Shown here in pieces: positions 37,733-49,623 of a DNA stretch of 63,745 nucleotides (its first letter is position 1; each line of letters begins with the position of its first letter). The notes under the pieces are model-generated. The model was given only the letters and a program-made list of their open reading frames with translations. It was not told where the DNA came from and searched no databases. The DNA comes from Spirochaetales bacterium (GTDB lineage: Bacteria; Spirochaetota; Spirochaetia; UBA9216): NCBI GenBank assembly GCA_003245835.1, contig QKCC01000046.1:1-63745 (forward strand), written 5' to 3'. The translations under genes were made by a program, and so were the position numbers.

Positions 37733-38932
37733 ATGATTAATAAAAATATAAACAACCTTATAAAAGAATTATCCTCACTGGATATTTCAGGTATGACCAG
37801 AAAGGATTTCCTCCTTACATGGGAACAGTCCGATGATGCTGTTTCTGCCGTTTTCAAAACTGCGGAAATCCTCAGATTATTGCGTCGGGAAAATATATCA
37901 CCGCGCATTTTCGATTCCGGACTTGCTGTTTCTGTTTTCCGCGACAATTCCACCCGCACCAGATTTTCCTATGCGAGTGCAGCAAATCTTCTGGGACTTA
38001 CAGTTCAGGACCTCGATGAAAAAAAATCCCAGATTGCTCACGGTGAAACAGTTCGCGAAACTTCATGTATGATTTCGTTTCTTACTGAAGCCATTGGAAT
38101 CAGGGACGACATGTACATAGGTGAAGGCCATAGATACATGAAGGAAGTAGCGGATTCACTCGATCAGGATTTTGAAGCAGGGCTGCTGCCTTCCCGTCCC
38201 GCAATGGTCAACCTTCAATGCGACCTCGATCACCCGACACAGTCTATGGCGGATATGCTGCATCTCATCAATCATTTCGGCGGGGTTGAAAACCTGAAGG
38301 GTAAAAAAATAGTTATGAGCTGGGCCTATTCACCATCGTACGGAAAACCGCTTTCCGTTCCCCAGGGTGTAATAAGCCTTATGAGCAGATTCGGAATGGA
38401 TGTAACTCTTGCGCATCCGCCCGGATACAGCCTTGTTCCGGAAGTTCTCGACAAGGCTGATATGTTCTGCAGGCAGTCGGGTGCGGTTTTCACCAGGACT
38501 GAGTCCATGGAACAGGCCTTCGAGGGCGCTGATATTGTTTACCCGAAGAGCTGGGCGCCCTTCAGCGTAATGCAGAAGCGGACAGAACTGCTGAAAGACG
38601 GCGACAGCGCAGGGCTTGTCCAGCTGGAGAAAGACTGCCTCAGGCAGAACGCTGAATACATGAATTGGGAATGTACTGAAGAGCTGATGAAAAAAACCAG
38701 GAACGGCTCTGCGCTTTATATGCACTGTCTTCCGGCGGATATTACCGATGTAAGCTGCAGTCACGGAGAAGTCGCAGCGTCAGTATTTGACCGCTACCGT
38801 AAACTGACTTATGAGGAAGCCGGATATAAACCATATATAATTGCTGCAATGATACTGCTTGCAAAACTTAAAGATCCTGCTTCAAGTCTTAACTCAATTA
38901 TTAAACGTGCGCCTAAAAGGAAAATTTTCTGA
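37733..38932 (+). CDS. ygeW: Knotted carbamoyltransferase YgeW
   Basis: DFLLTWE, FRDNSTRTR, SQIAHGETVRET, HPTQ, WAYSPSYGKPLSVPQG, HCLPAD. Confidence 0.93.
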   Translation: MINKNINNLIKELSSLDISGMTRKDFLLTWEQSDDAVSAVFKTAEILRLLRRENISPRIFDSGLAVSVFRDNSTRTRFSYASAANLLGLTVQDLDEKKSQIAHGETVRETSCMISFLTEAIGIRDDMYIGEGHRYMKEVADSLDQDFEAGLLPSRPAMVNLQCDLDHPTQSMADMLHLINHFGGVENLKGKKIVMSWAYSPSYGKPLSVPQGVISLMSRFGMDVTLAHPPGYSLVPEVLDKADMFCRQSGAVFTRTESMEQAFEGADIVYPKSWAPFSVMQKRTELLKDGDSAGLVQLEKDCLRQNAEYMNWECTEELMKKTRNGSALYMHCLPADITDVSCSHGEVAASVFDRYRKLTYEEAGYKPYIIAAMILLAKLKDPASSLNSIIKRAPKRKIF

Positions 38933-39501
38933 TGTTCAAAGTACCTATTGCAAGATCCGATGTTCATATTCATTTAAACAGGGCTGATGTTGATACTCTT
39001 TTTGGTAAAAATCATCAGCTCACAAATATACGCAACCTGACAATTCCGGGACAGTTTGCATGCAGCGAAACCGTCAGTATTACAGGTCCCGACGGAACTA
39101 TCGACGGGGTCGTTGTGGTCGGGCCTGAACGCCCGTATACCCAGGTTGAAATCTCTGTTACCAATGGTTTGAGATTGGGAATAAAAGCACCTGTAAGGAT
39201 GTCCGGCGACCTTGAAAATACACCAGGTGTAATTGTCACCGGTCCGAAGGGTACGCTTCACCTTGACAGAGGGATTATTGTAGCTGCCAGACATGTACAT
39301 ATGCACTCAACCGACGCAGCAAAACTCGGACTTAAATCCGGAGACATCGTAAGCGTAAAGATTCCAGGGGAACGCGGGCTTGTCTTTAACGAGGTCAGAA
39401 TAAAGTGCGGACCCGATGAAGCACTTGAAATGCACGTTGATTTTGATGAAGGCCATGCGGCGGGAATAATTGATTTTCAGGAAGTCGAATTGCTGATTTA
39501 A
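38932..39501 (+). CDS. pduL: PduL-type phosphate propanoyl/acetyltransferase
   Basis: HIHL, PGQFAC, GPERPYTQVEIS, RMSGDL, IVAARHVHM, EMHVDFDEG; TGATG overlap with ygeW. Confidence 0.88.
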   Translation: MFKVPIARSDVHIHLNRADVDTLFGKNHQLTNIRNLTIPGQFACSETVSITGPDGTIDGVVVVGPERPYTQVEISVTNGLRLGIKAPVRMSGDLENTPGVIVTGPKGTLHLDRGIIVAARHVHMHSTDAAKLGLKSGDIVSVKIPGERGLVFNEVRIKCGPDEALEMHVDFDEGHAAGIIDFQEVELLI

Positions 39502-39521
39502 AAGCTTTGATTTTTGTTCAT

Positions 39522-39556
39522 AAAAAAAGAAACCGGAAGCAACGCTTCCGGCTTCT
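39522..39556. terminator. Intrinsic terminator between pduL and gdhA
   Basis: CCGGAAGC-AAC-GCTTCCGG, with an A-tract that gives a U-tract on the minus strand. Confidence 0.75.
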
Positions 39557-39616
39557 GAAAATACCTATAATAATACCTGCCGTTTCCTGCAGATATACAG
39601 CACCATTACACTTGTG

Positions 39617-41035
<1,419 letters not shown>

Positions 41036-41075
41036 GAAATAGTTTCAAATTTCACAATAAACTTATGGTAACACC

Positions 41076-44042
41076 TCACTTACATATCACTGACTTCCTG
41101 TTCTTCCCATCCATAATAACTTTAAACGGCTCTTCACTCACAATATGTGTGAAGTAATCATAGTTTGTTGCGCCATTTCTGCATTTAATGTGACTCCAAT
41201 CAATAAATGACTGTTTTTTCTTTTTGTAAGGCACATTAAAATAGCCGATATTCATTGCAACGACATTATGAAAGAAATGAGTGCCCTGTGAAGGTTCAAT
41301 TTCATAATCTTCAAGACCTACTTCTACTATGATTTTCGCCTTGCTTATCTGCGACCAAATTACCGGGATACCGAGAAACCTGTCACGGGTACCCCACCGG
41401 CCCGGACCAATAAGAATATATTCACGATTCAGCTCTTTCATCATCGTATTAAGCTTATCAATTTCAGAACACATTTCCTGTGTCCTCGTTTTATCAAATT
41501 TCTCAGGATCAATAAAAATTATGTCATAAATATCATCAATCGTACCGTTCCCTAAACCTTCTTCCGTATACAACAGCATATCTTCTTCACTAAGACTCTT
41601 GATGTCTACTAACGATTCTTCAAAATTTACCGTCATCGGCCTGACCTGCAGCATATAGAAAGTTGGTCTGATATTTTCGTTTTCATTCTTTGTCAGGTCC
41701 ACCGCAAATTCGATTTCCACGGGGATACCGAGGGCAATCTGGGCCATGGCAAGAATTTCCTTCACGATTGATGATAGAGGAAAATACTCGTATTTAAGAA
41801 TATTTGCGAAATTTATTATCCTCGGTCCCGGACTGCCTATACCGTCTATTATCCGGTGGTTGTCAGGATCCCATACCGATGCAAGGTGGTACAAATTTTT
41901 ATGCTTTTCAGCTTTAAACATCCTGAGTTTTACAAGGGTTTCAAACTCTCCTTTCAGGATGTCAAAGTCTTTGCGGCTCAAATCTACAGCATAAAAATCA
42001 GTTTGGGTTGAATTAATAACATCCGCATCAGACAGGTAATTTACTGTCGGATATTCGGGGCAGAATCTGAAATTTCGTTCCCCCTCCACCACTGACTGTC
42101 CCAGTCCGACCGCAATCGATGCCACCCCGTCCTGGTTTTTCATATTTCCTATCGGGTAGTAATTATATGATTGTGCAACACCTGAAAAATGGGGGTAATA
42201 GTAATCCTCATAACGCTGACCTACAATCTCCTGAATTACAACTGCCATACTCTCTTCTTCGATAATGTAATTGAGATTTTCTATATACCTCCGGGTATCG
42301 TTAAGGAAAACTGATGAATACACAAGTTTTACTGCCGTAACGAGCTGCTCAAGACGTTCTTTTATATCATCAGCATTATTGGGAAGCATGTAGGTCTGGT
42401 AAACGCCGGCGAACGGCTGTGACTGGGAATCTTCAAGCAGACCGGAAGATCTGACCGCAACAGGAACTTTGACCTCTTCAAGATAGATCTGCAGTTTGGC
42501 AACCACATTTTCAGAAAGGACCCCGCCTATAAATCTTTTTTTTATCACATCGTCGTCATCACAGTTTCTAAGTTCAAACAGGTTGTTGTCGTCGACAAAT
42601 TCACTGAAACAGGTTGTTCCAATTATCGTTGTCTGCGGGATTTTCACCCTTACATCACGGAACATCGATTCAAACTCGGTTGTGACCAGAAATGAATTGA
42701 AAAAGGCCAGTCCGCGGCCTTTCCCGCCCAGAGACCCGCTTCCAATCCTGGTTATTACCCCGTCATGCGTTATCGTTTCTCGGTTAACCGTTACAATCTT
42801 GCCGCGGTTCCTCATTCGCCTTAAATTACGGAACTGATCAATCAGGTAAGCTTTATAGGCCTCATAGGTATCAAAATCTTCCACTTCAACAGGTCTGACC
42901 TTTTTTGCAAGCTGCATCTCTCCGTGAGCTATAAGCCAGGATGAAAAATCCTTCTGTCTCGTATGCCGAAGTATTACATCCATCGGCAGCGTGGGAATTA
43001 TGTTCTCAAAATCCGACAGTGTTTTTGCCCTTGCTATTTCATTCCCTCTTTCGTCCCTGAATACGAGGTCTCCAAAACCAAGATTCTCTATAATAAAATT
43101 CCGTAAATCCTTCAGAAGAAATTGCGACTGTTTATGAAAAAAGGTAACGCCAAGCTCCTCGGCCTTTCTTCTGTTACTGAGAAGTGAGGACTGCAGAATA
43201 CATGCGAGGTCAGGATCTTCAGTTTTTATCATTTTAAGAAATTTTACGCCTGCCTCACCGTCAAGCTGCTGTTCATGATAAAATTCCATATCCGACATAA
43301 CGCACAGCAGGTGCTCCCTGTACTTATTATATATCTCCAGGCCTTCTTCATAACTGCTTGCAACAAGAACTTTGGGTCTGGTTCTCATTCGATTGTATTT
43401 CTGGTTGTCGTTAAGTTCTTCAGAGATCAGCCTTTGGGTTTGCTCCATAATTTCCGTATATAGAAGCGGCAGATAAATCGAAATAAAGTTTATAGAATCT
43501 TCAACCAGCAGAATTACCTTTACAAGCCCGTTTTCCGTATCATAGGGAGCATTTTTTTTATCTTCTATATATTTGATTATTACAAGAATAAGCTTTGAAT
43601 CACCGTTCCACAGGAAAATATTCTCAATAAATTCGAGCCTGTCACGGTTTCTGTTTATTATCGCAATATCAGATTTTACAGTCAGCATCAGGATGATTGG
43701 AATTTCGCTGTTAACCTCTTTGATTTTACGCGACAATTCAAACGTATTATCTTCACCGGTCCGCATCGTTGTAATTACAAGATCGAAATGCCTGTTTGCA
43801 AGCAGTTCAAGCGCGTCTTCACCAGTCGGAACCGAAGTAATCCTCGGAACAGTCGTAAGATTCAGCTGGTGGTATTCCCCTACAATCTGTTCGGACAGCA
43901 GCGCATCATGCTCGAATATATATGCATCGTAGAATGTCGATATAAGCAGAATCTCTTTAACCCTAAACTGCATAAGGTTGTGAAAATTATCTTCACCATA
44001 TTTGAATTTTTCATAATAGTAGCGCAGTTCTTTAAACTTCAT
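41076..44042 (-). CDS. Receiver-like domains fused to a PEP synthase/PPDK nucleotide-binding domain
   Basis: Two REC-like segments, then GSLGGKGRGL, AVRSSGLLEDS..PFAGVY, EIEFA, LQVRP and a C-terminal SQGTHFF. Confidence 0.85.
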   Translation of the reverse strand: MKFKELRYYYEKFKYGEDNFHNLMQFRVKEILLISTFYDAYIFEHDALLSEQIVGEYHQLNLTTVPRITSVPTGEDALELLANRHFDLVITTMRTGEDNTFELSRKIKEVNSEIPIILMLTVKSDIAIINRNRDRLEFIENIFLWNGDSKLILVIIKYIEDKKNAPYDTENGLVKVILLVEDSINFISIYLPLLYTEIMEQTQRLISEELNDNQKYNRMRTRPKVLVASSYEEGLEIYNKYREHLLCVMSDMEFYHEQQLDGEAGVKFLKMIKTEDPDLACILQSSLLSNRRKAEELGVTFFHKQSQFLLKDLRNFIIENLGFGDLVFRDERGNEIARAKTLSDFENIIPTLPMDVILRHTRQKDFSSWLIAHGEMQLAKKVRPVEVEDFDTYEAYKAYLIDQFRNLRRMRNRGKIVTVNRETITHDGVITRIGSGSLGGKGRGLAFFNSFLVTTEFESMFRDVRVKIPQTTIIGTTCFSEFVDDNNLFELRNCDDDDVIKKRFIGGVLSENVVAKLQIYLEEVKVPVAVRSSGLLEDSQSQPFAGVYQTYMLPNNADDIKERLEQLVTAVKLVYSSVFLNDTRRYIENLNYIIEEESMAVVIQEIVGQRYEDYYYPHFSGVAQSYNYYPIGNMKNQDGVASIAVGLGQSVVEGERNFRFCPEYPTVNYLSDADVINSTQTDFYAVDLSRKDFDILKGEFETLVKLRMFKAEKHKNLYHLASVWDPDNHRIIDGIGSPGPRIINFANILKYEYFPLSSIVKEILAMAQIALGIPVEIEFAVDLTKNENENIRPTFYMLQVRPMTVNFEESLVDIKSLSEEDMLLYTEEGLGNGTIDDIYDIIFIDPEKFDKTRTQEMCSEIDKLNTMMKELNREYILIGPGRWGTRDRFLGIPVIWSQISKAKIIVEVGLEDYEIEPSQGTHFFHNVVAMNIGYFNVPYKKKKQSFIDWSHIKCRNGATNYDYFTHIVSEEPFKVIMDGKNRKSVICK

Positions 44043-44145
44043 TTAAGCTCCCGGTAAGTACAAAACTTGGTTTTACTAACAGGTTAATCTGCAAGCACGA
44101 ACTCGTCAAGCTTCATATTTATACCGATCGAACCCATATTTTTAT

Positions 44146-44198
44146 TTGCAATATGCTTTTTTATCTGTTAATATTAAATAAATGTTAAGGCAAACATT
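44146..44198 (+). promoter_or_regulatory. Promoter with LacI-type operator-like site
   Basis: TTGCAA-17nt-TAATAT with extended TG; AATGTTAAGGCAAACATT (44181-44198) at the predicted +1. Confidence 0.6.
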
Positions 44199-44221
44199 TC
44201 AATTTCAGGGGGATTAATATT

Positions 44222-45490
44222 ATGTCAGTTTACGAATGCAGTCTTGAAAGAATGACTGATAAAATTAAAACGATGAGCAAATTCGGCGATGCAGGACACG
44301 GTGGTATTACAAGGTATACGTTGTCACCTGCCGATTTACAGGCACGCGAAGAATTCACAAAAAGAATGAAAGCAATCGGAGCTTTAATCGAAATCGATGA
44401 TGTAGCGAATGTTTATGCAACTCTTCCCGGCAGTGATCCTGATGCTAAAAGAATTGTTATGGCCTCCCACTCTGATTCCGTTAAAAACGGCGGTAATTAC
44501 GACGGCATTCTCGGCGTAATGTCGGCCATGGAGGTTCTTGAGACAGTAGCCGAGAAGAATATACCGCACAAACATCCTCTCACAGCGATGATCTGGACTA
44601 ACGAAGAAGGTTCACTTTACCCGCCTGCAATGATGGTTTCAGGAATTGTCTGTTATGATTACCTTCCCGAAAACATAAAAGGCAAGTTTAAATATGAAGA
44701 CATGATGAAATCCAAAAGCGTGATTGACTCTTCAGAAACCTTTGGTGCGGCCCTTGACGCTTCCGGTTATAAGGGCGACAAGAAATATCGCCTCAGCCCG
44801 GAAAAATACAAGAATATGTTCGAAATCCACATCGAACAGGGACCGATACTTGAAGACGCAGGCAATCATGTCGGCATCGTTGACTGCGTACTCGGAATGT
44901 TCAACTACAGATTCAGGTTCTACGGCCAGACGGTACATGCGGGCACATTTCCCATGAATAAACGACAGGACGCCCTTTTTGCAGCCTCACAGGTTATATG
45001 CTACCTGCACAGTGAAATCGACAAGCTTGGACATCCGGAACTTGTTTATACAACAGGTGAAATCGTATGCCATCCCAATGTACACACATGTGTTCCAGAC
45101 TATGTCGATTTCAGCCTCGATTGCAGGCATGAATCCCCTGAATTACGAGAGAAGGTTCTTGGAATAGTTAAAGGCTGCGCAGCCCGGGAATGGGCCGGAT
45201 GCAGGTGCGAAGTTGAAAAAATGTGGAACAGGGACACTGTTTACTGGGACAAAAAACTCTTTTCCTACGTTCAGGAAGCAGCTGAAGAATCAGGAATCTC
45301 TCACCAGGTACTGCATTCCGGTGCAGGTCATGATGCCCAGTTTGTTGCTTACATGCTGCCTACAACAATGATTTTTGTTCAGTCCAAAGACGGACTTTCA
45401 CATTGCGAACCCGAGTATTCCACACCGGAACACTGTACCGAAGGAGCTACTATTCTGCTGAACGCAGTGCTTAAGGCTGATGCTGAATAA
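44222..45490 (+). CDS. Zn-dependent M20 hydrolase (beta-ureidopropionase / N-carbamoyl-amino-acid hydrolase family)
   Basis: SHSDS, GGNYDGILGV, WTNEEG, EIHIEQGP, SGAGHDA, GLSH. Confidence 0.88.
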   Translation: MSVYECSLERMTDKIKTMSKFGDAGHGGITRYTLSPADLQAREEFTKRMKAIGALIEIDDVANVYATLPGSDPDAKRIVMASHSDSVKNGGNYDGILGVMSAMEVLETVAEKNIPHKHPLTAMIWTNEEGSLYPPAMMVSGIVCYDYLPENIKGKFKYEDMMKSKSVIDSSETFGAALDASGYKGDKKYRLSPEKYKNMFEIHIEQGPILEDAGNHVGIVDCVLGMFNYRFRFYGQTVHAGTFPMNKRQDALFAASQVICYLHSEIDKLGHPELVYTTGEIVCHPNVHTCVPDYVDFSLDCRHESPELREKVLGIVKGCAAREWAGCRCEVEKMWNRDTVYWDKKLFSYVQEAAEESGISHQVLHSGAGHDAQFVAYMLPTTMIFVQSKDGLSHCEPEYSTPEHCTEGATILLNAVLKADAE

Positions 45491-45505
45491 AAAAAGGAGT
45501 TACGT

Positions 45506-46753
45506 ATGAATTTAAGTGAATTACGGGTAGACGGAGCCAGGCTTCAAAGCACCATTGAAGAATCGGCAAGAATCGGTAAAACCGAAAATAACGGTTTGAT
45601 TCGGTGTGCCGCAACCGATGAAGACAAGATAGGCCGTGATCTTCTTGTAAAATGGTACAGGGAATGCGGCTGCGAAATCACCATTGATGAAATGGGCAAT
45701 ATTTTCGCAAAACGCCCCGGGAAGAACCCTAAACTCGGTGCAGTCATGACCGGATCTCACTTTGATACTCAGCGTCCCGGCGGAAGATTCGACGGTATTC
45801 TCGGCGTACTTGGTGCACTGGAAGTAATGCGTGTAATCAGTGAAAACAACATCCAACTTGAACGTGATCTGATTATTGTCGACTGGACCAATGAAGAAGG
45901 CGGCTGGTTCTCGCCGGCCTGCATGGGTTCCGGAGTCTGGGTAGGCAATCATACCAAGGAATGGGCATACGCAAGAAAAGACCGGGACGGCGTCACTGTA
46001 TTCGGTGAGGAACTCGAAAGAATCGGATACAAGGGCAGCTTCCCATGCAGTCACAAGGAATGGGACATATATGCCGCATTCGAACTTCATATCGAGCAGG
46101 GACCGCAGCTGTACAACGAAAAAATTCAGATTGGCGCACCCAAGGGCATACTCTGCCTCCATTGGTATGACATCTGGCTTGAAGGTACAGCCAACCAGGT
46201 AGGTCCGACACCGATGATAGGCCGTAACGATGCGCTTCTCGCTTTCTCAGAGATGAATATTGTCGTCAACAAGGTAGCGCACCAGATGGGTAATATGGTC
46301 GGAACTGTCGGCGAGATTCAGAATTACCCGAATTCAAGAAATATCATTCCTGACGCCGTTCACTTCACTGTCGACATCCGCTCTTGGGATGACGCTCATG
46401 CTGTAAAAGCATGGGAGATGATGAAGAAGGAATTCGAGGTTATAGCCGAAAGACGCGGCTGTCCTATCAGAACTGAAGAAACCTGGAAGGTCGCCCACGC
46501 TCCTTTTGATAAGGGGCTTTGGGACAGGGTTGTTGAAACATCGGAAGAACTTGGTTACAGCTGCAAGAGAATGGTCTCAGGCGCCGGACATGACATGAGT
46601 GAAGTAAACCAGGTAACCCGCGGAGCAATGATATTCGTTCCGTCAATCAACGGACGTTCACATGTTGAAGTTGAAGACACACCATATGAAGACTGTGAAC
46701 ACGGAGCCAATGTCCTTTTGCATTGCATTCTGAAGACAGCAAACGAGGCATAA
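45506..46753 (+). CDS. Second Zn-dependent M20 hydrolase (hydantoinase/carbamoylase family)
   Basis: GSHFDTQ, GGRFDGILGV, WTNEEG, ELHIEQGP, SGAGHD, GRSH. Confidence 0.88.
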   Translation: MNLSELRVDGARLQSTIEESARIGKTENNGLIRCAATDEDKIGRDLLVKWYRECGCEITIDEMGNIFAKRPGKNPKLGAVMTGSHFDTQRPGGRFDGILGVLGALEVMRVISENNIQLERDLIIVDWTNEEGGWFSPACMGSGVWVGNHTKEWAYARKDRDGVTVFGEELERIGYKGSFPCSHKEWDIYAAFELHIEQGPQLYNEKIQIGAPKGILCLHWYDIWLEGTANQVGPTPMIGRNDALLAFSEMNIVVNKVAHQMGNMVGTVGEIQNYPNSRNIIPDAVHFTVDIRSWDDAHAVKAWEMMKKEFEVIAERRGCPIRTEETWKVAHAPFDKGLWDRVVETSEELGYSCKRMVSGAGHDMSEVNQVTRGAMIFVPSINGRSHVEVEDTPYEDCEHGANVLLHCILKTANEA

Positions 46754-46775
46754 CCGCTTCACTGCTTTAATACAG

Positions 46776-46808
46776 CGGCAGCCGGATTGTTAAAGGCTGC
46801 CGTTTTTT
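46776..46808 (+). terminator. Intrinsic terminator
   Basis: CGGCAGCC-11nt-GGCTGCCG-TTTTTT. Confidence 0.8.
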
Positions 46809-46850
46809 AAAATACAGACAAAGAGTTGCGGACAGATACCAATAATTAAC

Positions 46851-46879
46851 TTGCAAGAATGCCGGAGAGATAATACTAT
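46851..46879 (+). promoter_or_regulatory. Sigma70-type promoter
   Basis: TTGCAA-17nt-TACTAT. Confidence 0.55.
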
Positions 46880-46917
46880 TAATATAGTAACAGATCGAAA
46901 AGAAACCGGAGTATGCT

Positions 46918-47814
46918 ATGGTAATCAGAAGATTCATTTTTGCTTTTATCGTCTTCATGATAATTGCGGCTCCTGTATTCTCAAAGGAACGTGTCGCGGT
47001 TCTTGATTTTGAAGCGAAGGATGTTCCTGAATCAGACGCCATGTCGGTTTCCGACCTTTTCCGGTCTGATCTTGTTGTTGTTGGAGCCTATACAGTACTT
47101 GAGCGCGGTAATATGCAGTCTATTCTTTCGGAACATCAATTACAAATGAAAGGAATCACAGATGAAGCGTCAGCATCCGAAATCGGGAAACTGCTGTCCG
47201 TTAATTATCTGTTTCTTGGAAACCTCAGCAAATTCGGCAGTAATTTTATTCTGGTTATAGATAAAATAAATGTCGAAACCGGCGAGATTGAAAATTCTGT
47301 AAAAAAATCGGCGGTTAAAATTGATGATCTTCTTGTACTTTCCTCGGAGGCCGCTGCCGAGATGTCTGAAGGCGCAGGATTCACTGAAAACGGCTCCGAC
47401 AGGCTTTACAATGCCGAAACACTGACTCAGCTTATAGCCGAAATTAATATTTATCATCTTCTTGAACTGTCTGTTCTTGAAGTTAATACCGCTGAAATGC
47501 AGGCGACGGATATTGATCTCAGGCGGCAGATTTACAACAGCCGCAAGCTCGACAATTCAGTTTTATGTATGATTGTAAATGCGTTTACATTCGGAATAGG
47601 CGGTAATTTCATGCAGGGGTTTAATGAATACGGCTATATCAGCATCGGGACCACAGCAGCATTTGCCGCGTCCCTGCTGTTCTCAGACAATACAACGCTG
47701 AAGATTGTTACGGGAAGCCTTTGGGCAGTAACGTACGGCGGCAGCATTTTATCCCCTTTTATTTATGAGGTAGATTATAATCAGTATCTTAAAGACAGCC
47801 TTCTTGTCTATTAA
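46918..47814 (+). CDS. Exported protein with a CsgG/TolB-N-like domain and a C-terminal P13/TM2-like hydrophobic domain
   Basis: Signal peptide; VAVLDFEAK..VLER.NM..IL.E..IGKLL..GNLSK..INVETGEI; C-terminal FGIGGNFMQG and hydrophobic helices. Confidence 0.7.
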   Translation: MVIRRFIFAFIVFMIIAAPVFSKERVAVLDFEAKDVPESDAMSVSDLFRSDLVVVGAYTVLERGNMQSILSEHQLQMKGITDEASASEIGKLLSVNYLFLGNLSKFGSNFILVIDKINVETGEIENSVKKSAVKIDDLLVLSSEAAAEMSEGAGFTENGSDRLYNAETLTQLIAEINIYHLLELSVLEVNTAEMQATDIDLRRQIYNSRKLDNSVLCMIVNAFTFGIGGNFMQGFNEYGYISIGTTAAFAASLLFSDNTTLKIVTGSLWAVTYGGSILSPFIYEVDYNQYLKDSLLVY

Positions 47815-47849
47815 TTGATAGAGAAACTTAAAATTTTGGAGCATTATGA

Positions 47850-49610
47850 ATGATTGATCCCACAAAACTCAAGGACTGGGAGATTGCAGAACTCTCAGAA
47901 AAAAACATGAAAACAGTCACCGTTCTTGCTGCGGAACTCGGACTTACAGAGATGGAAGTTCTGCCGTACGGTCACTACATCGGCAAGCTTGATTACAAGT
48001 CGATTCTTGACAGGCTGCAGGATAAACCTGACGGAAAGTATATCGAAGTAACAGCAATAAATCCTACCCCGCTTGGGGAAGGTAAAACCACAACTACAAT
48101 GGGACTGGTTCAGGGGCTCGGCAAGATCGGTAAAAAGGTTACCGGAGCCATCAGGCAGCCTTCCGGCGGCCCGACATTCAACATTAAGGGTTCGGCAGCC
48201 GGAGGCGGACTTGCTCAGTGCATACCGCTTACCGAGTTCAGCCTCGGCCTTACCGGCGATAATGATGCTATTACAAATGCACATAACCTTGCGATGGTTG
48301 CGCTTACCAGCCGGATTCAGCATGAATTCAATTATGATGATGAAACTCTTGCAAAAAGGGGCCTCAAACGTCTTGATATCGATCCGCGCAATCCTGCTGT
48401 AGGTTGGGCGATAGATTTTTCGGCACAGGCGCTAAGAGAGATTCTTATCGGCCTCGGCGGCAAGATGGACGGTTTTATGATGAAAAGCGGTTTTCAGATC
48501 ACTGTTTCGTCTGAAATCATGGCCATCCTTGCAGTTGCCAAAGACCTGAAAGATATGCGTGAGCGCATCGGCAGGATGATTGTAGCCTACAACAAGAAGG
48601 GTGAACCGGTTACAACAGCTGATTTAGAGGTTGACGGAGCGATGACTGCTATCATGGCGAAGGCTATTAACCCGAACCTTATGCAGACAATCGAAGGTCA
48701 GCCTGTACTCGTACATGCAGGCCCGTTTGCGAACATTGCAATAGGACAGTCATCCATCATTGCAGACAGGCTCGGACTTAAGCTTGCCGATTACCATGTC
48801 ACAGAGAGCGGTTTCGGAGCCGATATCGGGTTTGAAAAGTTCTGGAACCTTAAATGCAGGTTTTCGGGGCTTACACCGAACTGTTCTGTAATTGTTTGTA
48901 CTGTACGGGCCCTTAAAATGCACGGAGGGGGGCCCAGGGTTGTACCCGGCAAGCCGCTCGACAAAGCATACACTGAAGAAAATACCGCTCTTGTTGAAAA
49001 GGGGCTCGACAACCTTCTTAAACATATCGATACAGTCAGAAAAAGCGGCATCCCGGCGGTTGTATGTATAAATCATTTTTACACAGATACAGACAACGAA
49101 ATCGAGACTATTAAAAAGGCATGCAGAGACGCAGGCGCCAGGGTTGCAGTTTCCCGTCATTGGGAAAAAGGCGGAGAAGGTGCGGTAGAACTGGCAGAAG
49201 CCGTTGTCGAAGCATGTAATGAAAAACCTGACTTTAAATTCCTTTACTCGGATGATATGCCGCTCGAAAAAAGGATAGCGTTAATCGCAAAAGAGGTTTA
49301 CGGTGCCGACGGCGTCAGTTACACACCGGATGCCAGGAAAAAGCTTGATACCATCTCAGCTGACGCTTCATTCGCAGGAATGGGCACATGCATGGTAAAA
49401 ACGCATCTTAGCCTCTCTCACGATCCGACTCTTAAGGGAAGACCTACAGGATGGACACTGCCGATTAGAGACATCCTTGTGTACCAGGGGGCGGGATTTG
49501 TAGTCCCGGTAGCCGGTGATATTAAACTGATGCCTGGAACAGCGTCGGACCCTGCTTACAGGCGTGTGGATGTCGACACTGAAACCGGAAAGGTGAAAGG
49601 GCTTTTTTAA
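47850..49610 (+). CDS. fhs: Formate--tetrahydrofolate ligase
   Basis: [51 protein letters not shown]. Confidence 0.95.
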   Translation: MIDPTKLKDWEIAELSEKNMKTVTVLAAELGLTEMEVLPYGHYIGKLDYKSILDRLQDKPDGKYIEVTAINPTPLGEGKTTTTMGLVQGLGKIGKKVTGAIRQPSGGPTFNIKGSAAGGGLAQCIPLTEFSLGLTGDNDAITNAHNLAMVALTSRIQHEFNYDDETLAKRGLKRLDIDPRNPAVGWAIDFSAQALREILIGLGGKMDGFMMKSGFQITVSSEIMAILAVAKDLKDMRERIGRMIVAYNKKGEPVTTADLEVDGAMTAIMAKAINPNLMQTIEGQPVLVHAGPFANIAIGQSSIIADRLGLKLADYHVTESGFGADIGFEKFWNLKCRFSGLTPNCSVIVCTVRALKMHGGGPRVVPGKPLDKAYTEENTALVEKGLDNLLKHIDTVRKSGIPAVVCINHFYTDTDNEIETIKKACRDAGARVAVSRHWEKGGEGAVELAEAVVEACNEKPDFKFLYSDDMPLEKRIALIAKEVYGADGVSYTPDARKKLDTISADASFAGMGTCMVKTHLSLSHDPTLKGRPTGWTLPIRDILVYQGAGFVVPVAGDIKLMPGTASDPAYRRVDVDTETGKVKGLF

Positions 49611-49623
49611 TTATTCCAGATTT

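Noticed and set aside
24603-39501. Selenocysteine readthrough in the selenium-associated purine cluster
   Set aside because: ORFs are full length, and TGA codons fall at normal gene ends, often overlapping the next start. A labile Se cofactor cannot be judged from sequence.
38932-39501. Bacterial microcompartment locus
   Set aside because: No shell proteins, aldehyde dehydrogenase or signature enzyme are in the window.
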